Below, one piece after another: positions 37,445-50,490 of a DNA stretch of 64,000 nucleotides. Within the stretch, counting starts at the first letter, position 1; each line of letters starts with the position of its first letter. Location: assembly GCF_902459465.1 (NCBI RefSeq), contig NC_047075.1:310001-374000 (forward strand). The letters run 5' to 3'. The DNA is from Asterias rubens (taxonomy: Eukaryota). The notes below the pieces were generated by a model. The model worked only from the letters and a program-made list of their open reading frames with translations. It made no database searches and was not told where the DNA came from. Made by a program: the position numbers and the translations under genes.

Positions 37445-40369
37445 TACCACAAGATTGAGATGATGATGACGTCATGTCAATAGGGTCTGACACTTCCTTA
37501 AAACAATGAAACAGAATGAGTTCATAATTACAGCAGACTTTGTAGACCTTTATTTTTATTCTTTAGATCGTATACCTAATTTTAAAGGGCAAAGTCAAAC
37601 GTAAAAATAAAAAGTTTTTTAAAATTTGAATTGCAGTTTTTAGCGTTTTAATAGTGGCTTGTTTGCAGTGTTGTGTTTTACAGTGTTTTAATTTCTACGC
37701 CCTATACTTTTTGTTCTTTTTCTCTCTTTATGTAAAAGAGTGAAAAACTACTCCGTTTGTCCACCAATATTATCACTCTTTAAGTAGGATTTGAAACTTT
37801 GCATGATAGAAATACGATATGGAAAGGTTTTCAGTAACACCATTGATGACTTTTGCTTGACTAAGAGTTGAAATCAACGGTGCTTTTCAGAACCACCCAA
37901 TTCATTGAGAGATAGTCATTACATGGTGTCACCGCAAACCTCCTTCCATAATGATCAAACATTAAACAATTTATGGCGGACAAATCTTTTTAGAGTGAAA
38001 GATGGGTAATACTTTCAGCTAGATTTAGAGTGAAGTTCGTTCTAATTTCACTCAAAAAGAGCGATAAAGATTGACCTTCACTCAAAACAGTGAACTTACA
38101 CCACTCGGACAATGGAGTTATTTTTCACTCTGTTACATATCTGAGAGTATGCTGTTATAAATAATTCCATGCTTGGAGAGCTAAACACACATTTTGGAAA
38201 TCATTTGACCCATGTGTCCAATTTAATAAAGTTGTTTAAAAGCAGAAAATATTGCCCGACTAATTTCTTTGCTTGGCAAAAATTGAGTGGGACTCCTGCC
38301 ACAACAATGAAAACTTAATTTATTTTGGCTGAACGAAACTGTTCTCTGCTTAGCAAGTTGTTGTGCTTTTTTACAGGCTTTGGGCCCAATTACATGGCGT
38401 TTCTGAACGTTTCGCTCGAACTGTAGCAGAAACAATAGACCTTTATCATGCTGTCTCCATCTTGGTCATGTTCCTCGTATCAAATATCAATAACGAATGC
38501 TAGTAATCATTTTGCAATTAGGAACCAGACTATTTTGTTCTTCCAGCCTCGGTTTGGTAACGTTGGTATTAATGCGAGAAATTCAAGATGACCGCACCAT
38601 GATAAAGGTCTGTTGCTTAAGCACAAGCGCATTTCACATGAATAACAAGAAAATGGGGCGACCATCTTGTGCATTCTTTCACCACTGATGTGTATTGTTA
38701 CGTCATTACTTGTTCATACAGAAGCACCAGAAAGTTAGCATGCTTATTCCTGTGCTTACGGATAGCAGCGCTAAATGCAATGGAAATTGTACAGTAAACT
38801 CGGCTGAAGCAGCTCTAAGAAATTGGACCATATCCATCATTAAGATAATGCAGATTTATTAGCAATAGGCCCTACACTATCAAGAAAAATACAGAGTTAC
38901 ATGTGAAAGTTACAGTTGAAAACCGTGTCGTCTATTTGCCTAGAAAACAGCAAAAAATCATCTTTGGACTGTGCAACCGCATGCAGACACCAACCCTCCT
39001 CACAAATCTTAGAAACAATTCATACATTGCTGTTTTTCACAATTTTCCAGGAAACGTAAAGTTTTATGGCAATTGTTCCCACGTCTCAAAAATAGCGAAA
39101 AATGGCTCTTGATTTGAAACAATGACCTTTTCTCGAATGCTGTTGATTGTTTCGTTAAACGTTATCTAATCTACTTCGGTATCGTATTTGTCATCGTCCT
39201 TAAAACCTTATGTTATTTTTTTGTACTGTCATTGTAGAGCGACATAGAAATGTTTACTTTTATTATTATTTTTTTAAAACCTGATGCTTAATAATTGATT
39301 CATTGTTTATTTTTGTCCAAGGCTTGTGTTGTTTGTGAACTTAGTTTATAGATATATAGGTTTCCAACAAAGCAAATAGACTAGAGGAATTCTGTGACCC
39401 GACTCTGTGTCTGTTTGACCCTCTTGGGGTCAGGTACTAGGTCCCTTTCCAGGTAAATTCTGATACTTTTTAGAGTGATGTACCAAAGATTTTTAAGTCG
39501 AATGACACTACTTATGCCACTTCAGCTTGCCTGAACAACTGCCCCTACTATTTTTGTTTTGCCACCATAGACCTTATGCACATGACGTCATTCAATTAGT
39601 AGTGCGCCCTCATCTAGAGGTCAAAAGAAGGTCGCTCATTGGCCCATCCTGCGCGCTGTGCATCGGTGTGCATGATTGCTATGGTTCCGTCATGACGCCA
39701 ATGCGTATAAGGTCCAATGCTAATAATTTATAATCTTCTTTTTGTCACGCAAAGAAAATAACTTAAAACACTCAAACGAGACATCTGCGTCCACGATGTC
39801 AGCACTTGTTTCCAAGTTTTGCATATCATCAATTTATTAAAGTGATTGACTTTGTCCTGGGTTAATTTGAACTTACTTATTTTGAATAAATTAAGTTATA
39901 AAATGGTTTCATACATAGTTTACAATTTGATGGACTGGTTATTTCACAACTTAAGATTCTGGTTAAGTTTAATCCTGACTGAAATAACTGACCGTTAATT
40001 GACAACCCTTCTCGGATGGTCTAGCTTTAACAGGACATCACGGCAGGATGAGCCAACTGGTATGTAAGATGTGGTTAAGACAATGTAACAAATAAACAGT
40101 CAGCAAGTGTTGACACGTAGCCATTGTTTAAAGGTTAACCAACCAATCTATTTCCATTATTTTGTTCAAAACCTATGTTCATGTTGGTTTTATTGACTAA
40201 TAACCATGTTTGTCGCAAATCAATATTATTCACAATCATTCCATGGCCTTTTTGACATTTTTAGACATGGCGGGGGTGCATCTCTTACGTCACTATTTGT
40301 TGTGGGCAAAAAGCAACGCGTATGTTTTAAAATCTATACCCAGATGTTTCCAACTCCGCCTACGGAGTA

Positions 40370-40480
40370 TAGACTTGACTCAAGTCCCAATCCCGTGTCA
40401 TCGCCAGAAAACTAGCTACATTTCGACGGCGGGTATGCTTAGGGACCTCTTCCATGAGAACGGGACTTGAATCAAGTCTA
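40370..40480. mobile_element. Short MITE
   Basis: TIR tagacttgactcaagtccc / gggacttgaatcaagtcta. Confidence 0.7.
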
Positions 40481-41567
40481 CCTAAGGAATGACCCCCATA
40501 ATCAACCATCACCATCAACAATTACTGGAGAAGAGATATCAGTATCACACAAACATCTACTTGCTTAGTCCTTCCGATCCGGTTCAGTCTTCAAAACATT
40601 CGATGTAACGCCTCTATTGTTATACTAATACACACAAAAACCAGGGTCGCCAATCGGGACCATTGCAAAATTAAAGATTTGCTGAAGTTACATTCAATTC
40701 AATTTAATTTAATGTGACTTTTATTTTCGAACTCACAATAGGGAAAGACAATATTAATTGAACAAAAATATAGTATAGTACAATATAAGCAAAGAGTAAA
40801 CATGACCAAAATGATAATGAGCTATAATGTTGACCTGTAAATAGGCTGCTCAAATAGGCTGGACAAAGTTAAACCAACACTTGTATACTTTTTTTTTGGG
40901 GGGGGGGTGGGGGTCTTATAATTACAAAAAGAAGTTGTTTGTGAGTAATGGAGAAGAGTTGTAGGAAAGACGAAGATAGAGAAGAACAAAAAACAAAAAC
41001 CAAGAGGAGTTCGTGCTTGTATTTCAGGAACACCCAATAAAAAGGTTTTTGTTGAAATGATCGTCTTTTCTTATTGTGAGTACAGAAATGAAGGTTTACA
41101 TTGATTGATTCATCTATTGAGAAAGCACTTCTCAGATTGTACCCTTGACCTTTGACACCTAATAAGAAGAGCCAAAGTGCAACACACAGAATGTATGTAC
41201 ATTATGCTGTACATTTATTGCCAAATCACTCAACCAAAATTTAAACATTAAGTGTGCTTTAAAGTCTACAAAAATCAAATGCATATAAAAAGCAAGATAA
41301 ACATTTGGTTAATAGAAAAGAAACATGAAATAATTTTGGTAAAATAGAAAAGAAAAGCTTAGCTTCAGATCTGGCCTAAGAGCCCAGTGCACTTATCGAA
41401 AAGAGAAGGGGTTCGCCCCTGTGTTCCTGGTTTGATTGGCGGCATATTGCACCACAGCACCTTGTAAACCATTACATGGTGCAGTGTAGGTATGAATGAA
41501 GTGAACTAGCTGGCCTCAGGCCACTAGTCTAGTGTACAATTTGAGCCTTGTGACCTCACCAAAACAG

Positions 41568-41806
41568 GGCCCAATTTCATTGAGCTGCTAAGCACAACCA
41601 ATTTGCTTAGCATGAAATGTCTTCCTTGATAAAAACAGAATTACCAACCAGGGTTGCATTTGTTGCATATTGCTTGTTATTGGTTTCAACTGCTGTTTGC
41701 TTTCCTGAAAATCACGTGGAAGTTTGGTTGGTAATCCTGTTTTTATCAAGGGAAAAATTCCATGCTGAGGAAATTTTTCTGCTCAGCAGCTCTATGAAAT
41801 TGGGTC
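41568..41806. mobile_element. PIF/Harbinger-like MITE with CAG target duplication
   Basis: cag|ggcccaatttcattgagctgct ... agcagctctatgaaattgggtc|cag. Confidence 0.8.
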
Positions 41807-43076
41807 CAGGCCATGACCAACTGTTGGAAGTTACGCAAAATGTGCAACTGTCGAGTTCTAAACCGTCACACACAATGCACTTATTTAAAATCCCCCCATT
41901 ACCACACAATGGGTAAGAGTTCAGCATTTTCTAATTGCCCAAACGATATTATTAACTTATGTCTATAACATATACATAACTTACATGCATTTAGTGCAGT
42001 GTTATGAATAGAAAGTTGGTAGAAAAAAAAAACATACTTTTTAAAGGTAAGCCCACTCAGTGTAAAACTTTTCCATTAAAGGTGACTCACATTGATACAA
42101 AAAATGTTTAAGGCCAAAATGGTATTTTTTAACATTAAATATCATTCACAAGCTCTATTGGGAACTATCTAGAAATGTGCTGAAGTGTGCAGCATAAACC
42201 ATGGTAGGCCCAGTACAGACCCCTGTGGCACAGTAGTTCAAAATAACAGGGTCTGATATCGCGGTGCCAATACATACATGTTGAGTTCTATTGTAGAGAT
42301 ACTATTTGCACCATGCTAGGGTTGTGTCCTCTATTAGGGATGTCAGGTGAAATTATAATGTTTTTTTCTTTGCTTTGCAATGTGGCTATAATGAAAGAAC
42401 ACAGTGATAGGAGTTGTTAGGTGGTAGTTTGAAGAAAATCGGTCAAGGGATTCCAAAGTTATGATTAATTTACAGGTCAAGTTCAACAAGGCCGTTGCTA
42501 ATAGCAACTAACGTAAACAATAAACAAACAAATAACAATGTTATCAGGGTCCTCTCAATAGATCTTTCTTGACATGGATGTTCTTGGCATCAGTCATAGC
42601 CCCAACAAATATGCCACTCAGCAAAATCACACAACTAGACAAGTCTAGGGCCCTATTTCATAGAGCTGCTAAGCACAACAAATTTGCTTAGCATCAAATT
42701 CCTTCCACGATAAAAATAGGATTACCAACCAATTTTTCATTTGTTGCATATTGCTTGATACTGGTATACATTTGGTTGGTACTCCTGTTTTTATCAAGAA
42801 AGAAATTTCATGCTAAGCAATATTTTTTGCTAAGCAGCTCTAGGAAATTGGGACCAGATGGTTTTCAAATTCAGTTTCTTAATCTCATAATAATTAATAT
42901 TGGTTTATACTAAACAGCACAAATTAAAGGCTAAGAATATGTAAAATGTCATTTAAGGCACTGGACACATTTGGTAACTACTCATTAAGTATAAATAAGC
43001 ATACAACTTGGTAATGAGCAACGGACAACAGATTTTTTTTGTATCGATATGTTGGTTACACCAAGTAGGACTACTG

Positions 43077-43324
43077 GGCCCAATTTCATGGCTCTGCTTA
43101 CCGCCAAATTCTGTGCTTACGATCGCGATTCCCCGCTTACGTGCAAGCGCCGAATTTCTGCGCTAGCCTTGTAAGCATAGAATGCCTAGTAACGTGGAGT
43201 ATGCACACGCAGAAGCCCAACTTCGCTGCTAACCCGTGAAATACGCTTGCCGTAAGCACAGAATTCCCTGCTTCCGTAAGCGCCGATTCTGTGCTTACGG
43301 TAAGCAGAGCCATGATATTGGGCC
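43077..43324. mobile_element. Harbinger-like MITE (CTG duplication) nested in a TTAA-flanked element (42953-43365)
   Basis: ctg|ggcccaatttcatggctctgcttaccg ... cggtaagcagagccatgatattgggcc|ctg, lying inside ttaaggcactggacac...gtgcccagtgccttttaa. Confidence 0.8.
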
Positions 43325-43825
43325 CTGGTCTTTGACAATTACCAAATGTGCCCAGTGCCTTTTAAAAAACACAATAGATGAGTAAAGGAAAGTTGCTACA
43401 TGTATTTGGAAGACTACTATACTAGAAGTAAGAAACCAGGTTACGATAAAAACTTTATTTTTCAACAACTCCAACGCTAAATATATCTTGTTGTAATATC
43501 AATCATTTCTTTACAGATTTACTTAAAAACCATTTGCCATTAAGGCCGAGTTATAGTCGGTCGCGTGACCATCGCGCAACCGACTATAAACCGACCTTTA
43601 GACAATGTACTGGTGCAGACCTTTCAACTACTTCAACGTGATCGAAGAGATACGTAGTCTGAAATTGATGACTTCCCAAACATGATCAGGGATAACACTG
43701 ACGTGACCTGTGAATAGAAGCTCGGTTGCGAATGCGTAATGATGATGCTGGTTGTAATAAATAATTAAATAACCTGGTTTCCACTTTCCAATGTATTTAA
43801 GTATCGAATCCTTCCTTAAACATCA

Positions 43826-46800
43826 TCATGTCTTAACTGATGTCTTTCCTTTAACACGTTCACTAAACAAACTACGGATCATTATAACTTGAATGAAAAA
43901 TGTCACCATCATAACGGCCACAGTAACAACAGACCAGAAGGTTACCCTTTCATAGTTACGCTCTGCCAAATAGCGATCTCGGAACTCTACGTTTCTTAGT
44001 AGTCGCTGATGCTGTACGCACTTATGCATGTTGTCTCTTACTACATCTAAGGAGGTCTGTGATGGAAGAACAAGCATAAACATATAAGAATACAAGCAGA
44101 CAATCAATCAATCAATCAATCAATAAAGAATTACAATCAATCAATCAATCAGTCAATAAGTCAATCAATAAGTAATAATAACAGATATTTCTTATATAGT
44201 GCATTTAACAACAATGAGAAAATGGTTAGTGCTCTGGTCATAAATAATAAATAAATCAATACACCATAAAACCATAAACCAATAGGTCAACTGATAAATC
44301 AATCAATATGTCATAAACCAATGTCATAAATCAACCAATCAATAAATTAATACATCATAAATCAGTCAATCTATGATTATTGAAAAAATCCAATCAATCA
44401 CACATGAAAGCAAGCAAGTAAAAGCACCAAACACTTAGTCAATAAGTCAAACTGGCAAGTAATATAGTAACAAATAACCAACCAATCAGTCGGCTAATTA
44501 AAATAAATCGGCCAACTAACGACACAAGCAGGTCATCAATAAATAATATAAATCAATCGATCATGAAAATATTAAACAGCGTATAAATAAAGATTAATTT
44601 AATCACTCGAACAAGCGACAGTCAATCGATCAATCAATATTATCAGAAACAATTCAAATGAGACATTTTACGTTAACCTCTTCATGAACTGATCAACAAT
44701 TGAGATTGTTCCCGTTCTTGGGTGCATTTCATCAGTCAAAACCAATACTTTTTTGGGTTGATTCGGCCATTTGTTAATCACTAGCCAATGTCTGAAACAG
44801 TTTCTGGTTACGACTGCCAAAATGCACCCCTAAATTAAAGTAACTACACCAAAGTCGGAAGGAGAAATAGTATGGTTCCTTTTTGTAAAATGAAAATCAG
44901 CATCCATTATTTATTTGATACAAGGAACTTGACCAAGATGGTAGGAGCTTTACCTGTATTTCTTCCAGTCGGACTTCAAGGAAGTCTGTTGTGGTTTCAC
45001 TTCCCAAGGCTTCCACCCAAGCCGGTTTCTTCAATTCTGCCTCGTCGTCATTGTAGTCAAGGGCAAGGTCAAAATAGACCAGCTGTAACATAAAAACAAA
45101 TTGAAAAATGCCTTTAAGAGCTGTTGATATTATAAAACATTGTTAGAAATGACACAAGTTTGAGAAAAAAATGTAGTTTTAGAAAATGAGGTATTTTTTT
45201 TCATAAATTAATTTTAATCTAAGAAAGGCTTCAACCATTGCAAAGTGCATTTTCATTGGGAAAATCTTAAAGACGTTGGGAAACTTTTTTGAAGGGGCAC
45301 CAATGCCAAAACAAGGGCCTGACCTCTGTGCCTGATACATAGTTTACTAACCTTTTCTGACATTCTGCTGAAGGAATTATCAAAACAAAATAGGTAGTCC
45401 CCTGTTTCATGAGTTCCAAATCTGCAAGAAAAATGAAATAGCTACAGCATCAGCAAAACGAATGAATGAATGAATGAAAACCTACTTTTCTTAAATGCCA
45501 AATTATTCTTCCTTTTTCAGATGTGAATGATACAATAAAACAAATTGTTCATTATTTTTAGCATGTGAACGGAACTTAATTGTTTTTGTTTTTTATGACA
45601 ATACATATTTAACATCTGGACTACTCTAACATCCTGGGGCAAGTATAATGCAGATTAAAAATCCAGTGCGTTGGCTACTTTACAAAAAGCTGAAGCACAT
45701 AGCCTGGGGAGTGACCTTAAAATAAGTTGAATCTCATTAACATACAGAAACAGATGTCAAGGCAAATCAATGACTTTTCATAATGTAACAGATGTCACAA
45801 CAAATTCAAATTATTATTATCAGTAATCGTGTTCAAGTGTAGATACCTTATGGAGACCAAGGACAAAACAAAAAGACTCCAAAAGGTTTATCATGATTCA
45901 GAACCGCAATGTGTCATGGGTAGGCAGAGGGGGCATTCAACGCCGCAGTGTTTGTTGTCATGCACAACACATGCGCACGTATGACCTTTCTCTCCCTATG
46001 GGTTCAACAGCGCCCTCTCTTGATATGTTGCTATTCGAGATAAGCCTTATAGAGGAATTCTAAAGACTGGGGTACTGTGCACAAGGAAATTTGTGTACAA
46101 AGTCTATGGGAAACTGCAGGGACACAAAAAAAACCATCAAGGATGAGTCAGCCTGAGAACAGAAGAGGTCCACACTGTGTAGGGATATGAAACACTTTGT
46201 GGATTAACAACTGTCCACAGTGTTTTTACAGTGCTGAAGTGTGCAGCATAAACCATGGTAGGCCCAGTACAGACCCCTGTGGCACAGTAGTTCAAAATAA
46301 CAGGGTCTGATATCGCGGTGCCAATACATACATGTTGAGTTCTATTGTAGAGATACTATTTGCACCATGCTAGGGTTGTGTCCTCTATGCCAAGGTGATT
46401 CTGGAGCCGAGAGAGAAGGATGTTGTGATCAACAGTGTCAAAGGGAGCACTCAAGTATAGGATAATGTATCGAACAAAAGGAATGTTCACAGAGTGACTG
46501 CAATGTTGACAGGGCTGGGTGTGCGTGTGTACTCACGTGTAAATGCCTTCTTGTTTACGTGCTTCCGTTGCTAATGCTTTATTGGTTGGAGACCTCAAGA
46601 TAAAATTTATATCCATCTCTCCTCCTTCTATTACCTGCAAATACACAGAGGTCATTCCAGGTCATCCCAGGGCAATCCAAAATATTTTAAAGAAGACCTT
46701 CAATCATTCACTGACACTTGTGACAGAGTTTAACTTAAATGAAACATACACAAAGTTCATTCTGTTCTGTGGTGGGCAGAGCGAATAAAAGCGACCATTT

Positions 46801-47709
46801 ATTTATTGCGTGTGTAGCATGTGTAACTGTACTGTAATCCTGTGTAAACTGTTAGCCAAAGCAAAATGGGTGGAAATGTGGTGGTGACACAGTCAAAAGT
46901 AGCATGAGGGCCAGGACCGCCCACCATTCCAACCCAAATCCACGGGTCCTACTACTTGCCGTCAACTCGCCGTCAAATCACTTGCGCCGTCAACTCGCCG
47001 TCAACTCCTCCAATATACATTTAAAATCCACAAAAGAAGCATAGAACTGTAAAGTATCAGCTCAAAGAGCATTCGCGTAAGTTTTAGGTCATATTTGGGA
47101 AAAAAAATTATTTTTTTTCTCGTGAAAAAAAATTCTCGAAGCCAAAAAACTGTCGGCCGCCATCTTGCTTTTTCACAATGATTAGTCTTGGCCCAAGATG
47201 TCAATGATTGGTACTTTTTTTTTATCAACACAAAGTCGTTTTTGTGAATGAATTTGTACCGAAAACCACATGAGAAATATGTAGTTTAGCCCAGACTTAA
47301 CACTTCCGTGCCCCCTTTTTATAGATTTTTCATGTAAATTTAATGAGTTGACGGCACGAAAATGAGTTGACGGCGAGTTGACGGCAAGTCTGCGAGCTGA
47401 CGGCAAGTAGTAGGACCGAAATCCACAAGTTATTCATTCACGACTGTATGGAAAACCGTATGGACAATTCGCCCCGAAGAGCCTCATATAAACCAACGTA
47501 TTCAACACTGAGTGGGGCGAAATTCATTTCCTTACCTGAAACTCGAAATCTAAAGTCTTCTTCTCTTTAATATGTTGATGAAAACATTCTCTTCTCCCGG
47601 CTGGTACGACGACAGTTAAATCATGCTCAATGCACAAACACCCTCTCAAGAACCCCAACAACACTATTAGTACACAGTGTCGCACAAGTACTGATGTAAA
47701 ATGAATCAT
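43826..47709 (-). CDS. TMED5: Transmembrane emp24 domain protein, p24-gamma subfamily (TMED1/TMED5-like, 233 aa)
   Basis: Five in-phase exons: 47709-47536, 46634-46537, 45421-45352, 45082-44954, 44056-43826 (702 nt). Signal peptide; GOLD domain (DLTVVVPAGRRECFHQ, EFQVIEGG, DYLFCFDNSFSRMSEKLVYFDL); coiled coil; RDRYLAERNYERVTFWS, then a TM segment and a short basic tail. It cannot be assigned to TMED5 rather than TMED1 without a tree. Confidence 0.9.
44100..44640. repeat. Degenerate (TCAA)n-rich low-complexity tract in a TMED intron
   Basis: Runs of caatcaatcaat and decayed variants. Confidence 0.7.
46944..47418. mobile_element. MITE with an 8-bp target-site duplication and subterminal gagttgacggc repeats, in TMED intron 1
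   Basis: TIR ggtcctactacttgccgtca / tgacggcaagtagtaggacc; aaatccac at 46936-46943 and 47419-47426. Confidence 0.85.
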
Positions 47710-48029
47710 TTTGACGATTTTTCTTGAGCACTTTTACAAAAGTTTGTACACAACTCGACCGAGCAACAGCCGACGACGTGTTCTTAGTGTGTCACTGGTA
47801 ATCGAAATTATTTACCGGTCAACGTGGCAAAATTGTTGGGTACCAGCAACGAACCAATTTTTGGTAGTGTGTGTTTTGTAAACTCCAGTTATTAGTTTCA
47901 GTCAGTCAGTTATTTGTATTGCACAATAGAGGGCGCTATGCTAAAAACGGTGACCCACAAGTGCGCAAAGTGTATGAGCAGTGATGGACCAATGATATGG
48001 CGTTATTCCTTTGGCCATTGCTTTCTGCA

Positions 48030-48650
48030 CAAAGTACGGTCTGTGCAAAAGCAATGGGTACAGGAATATTGCCATATCCCGGATCCACAGCACGTAAATG
48101 TAACGGTCTGTCTTCTCATATACTGTACACAAGCAATGGTACAGGAATATTTCCATATCCCGGGTCCACAGCACGTAAATGTAACGGTCTGTCTTCTCAT
48201 ATACTGTGCACAAGCAATGGGAGCAGGAATATTGCCATATCCCGGATCCACAGCACGTAAATGTAACGGTCTGTCTTCTCATATACTGTGCACAAGCAAT
48301 GGGTACAGGAATATTGCCATATCCCGGATCCACTAAGGCCCCATATTGTGCACAAGCAATGGGTACAGGAATATTGCCATATCCCGGGTCCACAGCACGA
48401 AAATGTAACGGTCTGTCTTCTCATATACTGTGCACAAGCAATGGGTACAGGAATATTGCCATATCTCGGATCCACTAAGGCCCCCATATTGTGCACAAGC
48501 AATGGGTGCAGGAATATTGCCATATCCCGGGTCCACAGCACGAAAATGTAACGGTCTGTCTTCTCATATACTGTGCACAAGCAATGGGAGCAGGAATATT
48601 GCCATATCCCGGGTCCAACCAAGGCCCATACACTGTACACAAAGCAACGG
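48030..48650. repeat. Tandem array of 82-bp and 60/61-bp units upstream of the TMED gene
   Basis: gcaatgg anchors at 48051, 48133, 48214, 48296, 48356, 48438, 48499, 48581; the shared core is tgtgcacaagcaatgggtacaggaatattgccatatcccgg. Confidence 0.95.
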
Positions 48651-48719
48651 ATATAGTTAGTCAATCTATGGTTTGACTAAGACAAAATCGCAACAGAAAT
48701 GTGTTTTTTTGCAAGCGTC

Positions 48720-50150
48720 TCTTGAAACCCTCTAAAAACAACATATCCAAAAAGTAGAAAAAATTAAGCAGGGGAAATATACATAATTTACATAAATTAA
48801 AAAGTTACCGTTTTTCCCCTAAAATTCGTATGCACACCCTATAATAAGTAGAAATTTTATTTGTTTCACATAATTATTTTCTGTTCATGGGAATGGTCAC
48901 TGCATTGTTTCTAAACATTGTGAATACAAAAAATTCAAGATGGCGGCCATTTTACCCGCCAAAATCGATTTAACGCTTTTATTAAAATGAATAGGATAAT
49001 AATCTGAGTTAAAGGCAGTGGACACTATTGGTAATTGTCAAAGACTAGCCTTCACAGTTGGTGTATCTCAACAAATAACAAACCTGTGAAAATTTGAGCT
49101 CAATCGGTCATCGAACTTGTAAGATAATAATGAAAGAAAAAAACACCCTTGTCACACGAAGTTGTGTGCGTTTAGATGGTTGATTTCGAGACCTCAAGTT
49201 CTAAATCTGAGGTATCGAAACCAAATTCGTGGGAAAATTACTTCTTTCTCGAAAACTATGGCACTTCAGAGGGAGCCGTTTCTCAAAATGTTTTATACCA
49301 TCAACCTCTCCCCATTACTCTTTACCAAGTAAGGTTTTATGCTAATAATTATTTTGAGTAATTACCAATAGTGTCCACTGCCTTTAAATAGGATAATAAT
49401 CTGAGTTAAATAACCCTACGTGGATGTACATGCTTTAGACTCCGTGGTAGGTTTAAATGTCCCTTTTAAAGTCGTGTGACAGTTCTTAACAGTTTTTATC
49501 ACTACAGAATCACATTTTACAAACTATACTTTTGACAATGGTATTTAAAAAAGAAACTATCAACTTGATACATTCCAAAGTATCTCTAACTTGCATGTAT
49601 GCAGTGTTTTACTGGAAAAGTTGCATGACCCCCAAATAGTATAATAATACCATTTTATTTATCCCAGATGCAAAAAAGACACAGTACGATGTTTTCATAC
49701 ATTTGAATTGGTATGCAATAGATTTTGATGTAACACTACCTCCAATACAATCGGTTTCAAGAGTTTGTAGAACTGAAATGGCGCAAACAAAACTGTCAGT
49801 GGCTACCTGAGGCGAATTCGTACAGTTTATTCCCTTGCATTTGCAACACACTACTGAGCATTCCAAGCATCACAGTCTGTTTTGCATTTGCATCGGATCG
49901 AATCACCTTTAAATTAATAGATTGTATAGTTATCTTAGGTTATGTTAACTGGCGATAAGGGTTTTGGTGGAAAAATGGCCGCCATCTTGGACTGTTCTTG
50001 CTCATGTGTTTGGAATGTTTAGCGACCATAAAAAATTCTACTTGAATTAGGGTGTAGTTTTGGGGGAAAACGGTTATATATATTATTTAATAATATATGC
50101 AAATTATCTACCAAGTTATCATCTGTCTTTAGCTTCTTTAGGGAACCATT
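48720..50150. mobile_element. Old internally deleted DNA transposon with long imperfect TIRs and a Cys-rich ORF remnant
   Basis: Inverted segments accgtttttcccc...caccct...agtagaa (48808-48852) versus 50030-50073, and caagatggcggccatttt (48937) versus aaaatggccgccatcttg (49973). The minus-strand remnant reads VIR..CKCKTDC / LECSVVCCKCKGINCTNS (about 49800-49905). Confidence 0.6.
49009..49387. mobile_element. TTAA-flanked non-autonomous DNA transposon, full-length copy
   Basis: ttaaaggcagtggacactattggtaatt ... aattaccaatagtgtccactgcctttaa (28-bp perfect TIR including the TTAA). Confidence 0.85.
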
Positions 50151-50257
50151 TGTTATCGTGGCACCCGGTGGGGGGGGGGGGGGTAGTATCTCTTTAGCAC
50201 TAAGGGTATCTGGCTATATTGTGAGCATAATACTACTTTTTAGGTAATGTATGTGAA

Positions 50258-50490
50258 ATTGGGCAAGGAGGTATTTTGGGTACGTAGTTGAAGTCATGGT
50301 TGTTGGAGAGGGAAATCAGACGTGAGATAAACGTTTCTTGATAATTATGCACGTTGCAAATTCACGTGACTAAAGATTTGCATAAAGTGAATAATTATAC
50401 CAAAACGTTTACTTCACGTCCGAGATTTCTGCAAACAATACTTGAGAGCCATGACTTCAAGTACGTACCCAAAATACCACTTTGCCAAAT
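50258..50490. mobile_element. Palindromic MITE
   Basis: gtattttgggtacgtagttgaagtcatgg versus ccatgacttcaagtacgtacccaaaatac (28/29 complementary). Confidence 0.75.

Noticed and set aside
40210-40470. MAGVHLLRHYLL... ORF resembling a mitochondrial presequence exon
   Set aside because: Its 3' half lies inside a MITE (40370-40480) and I found no convincing downstream exon.
42177-42334. HDV-like ribozyme reading of the duplicated segment
   Set aside because: I could not place P1.1, P3/L3 or the catalytic C in J4/2; only generic pairing is evident.
47914-48676. Cluster of Cys/His-rich ORFs
   Set aside because: They are translations of the 82/60-bp tandem array in all frames.
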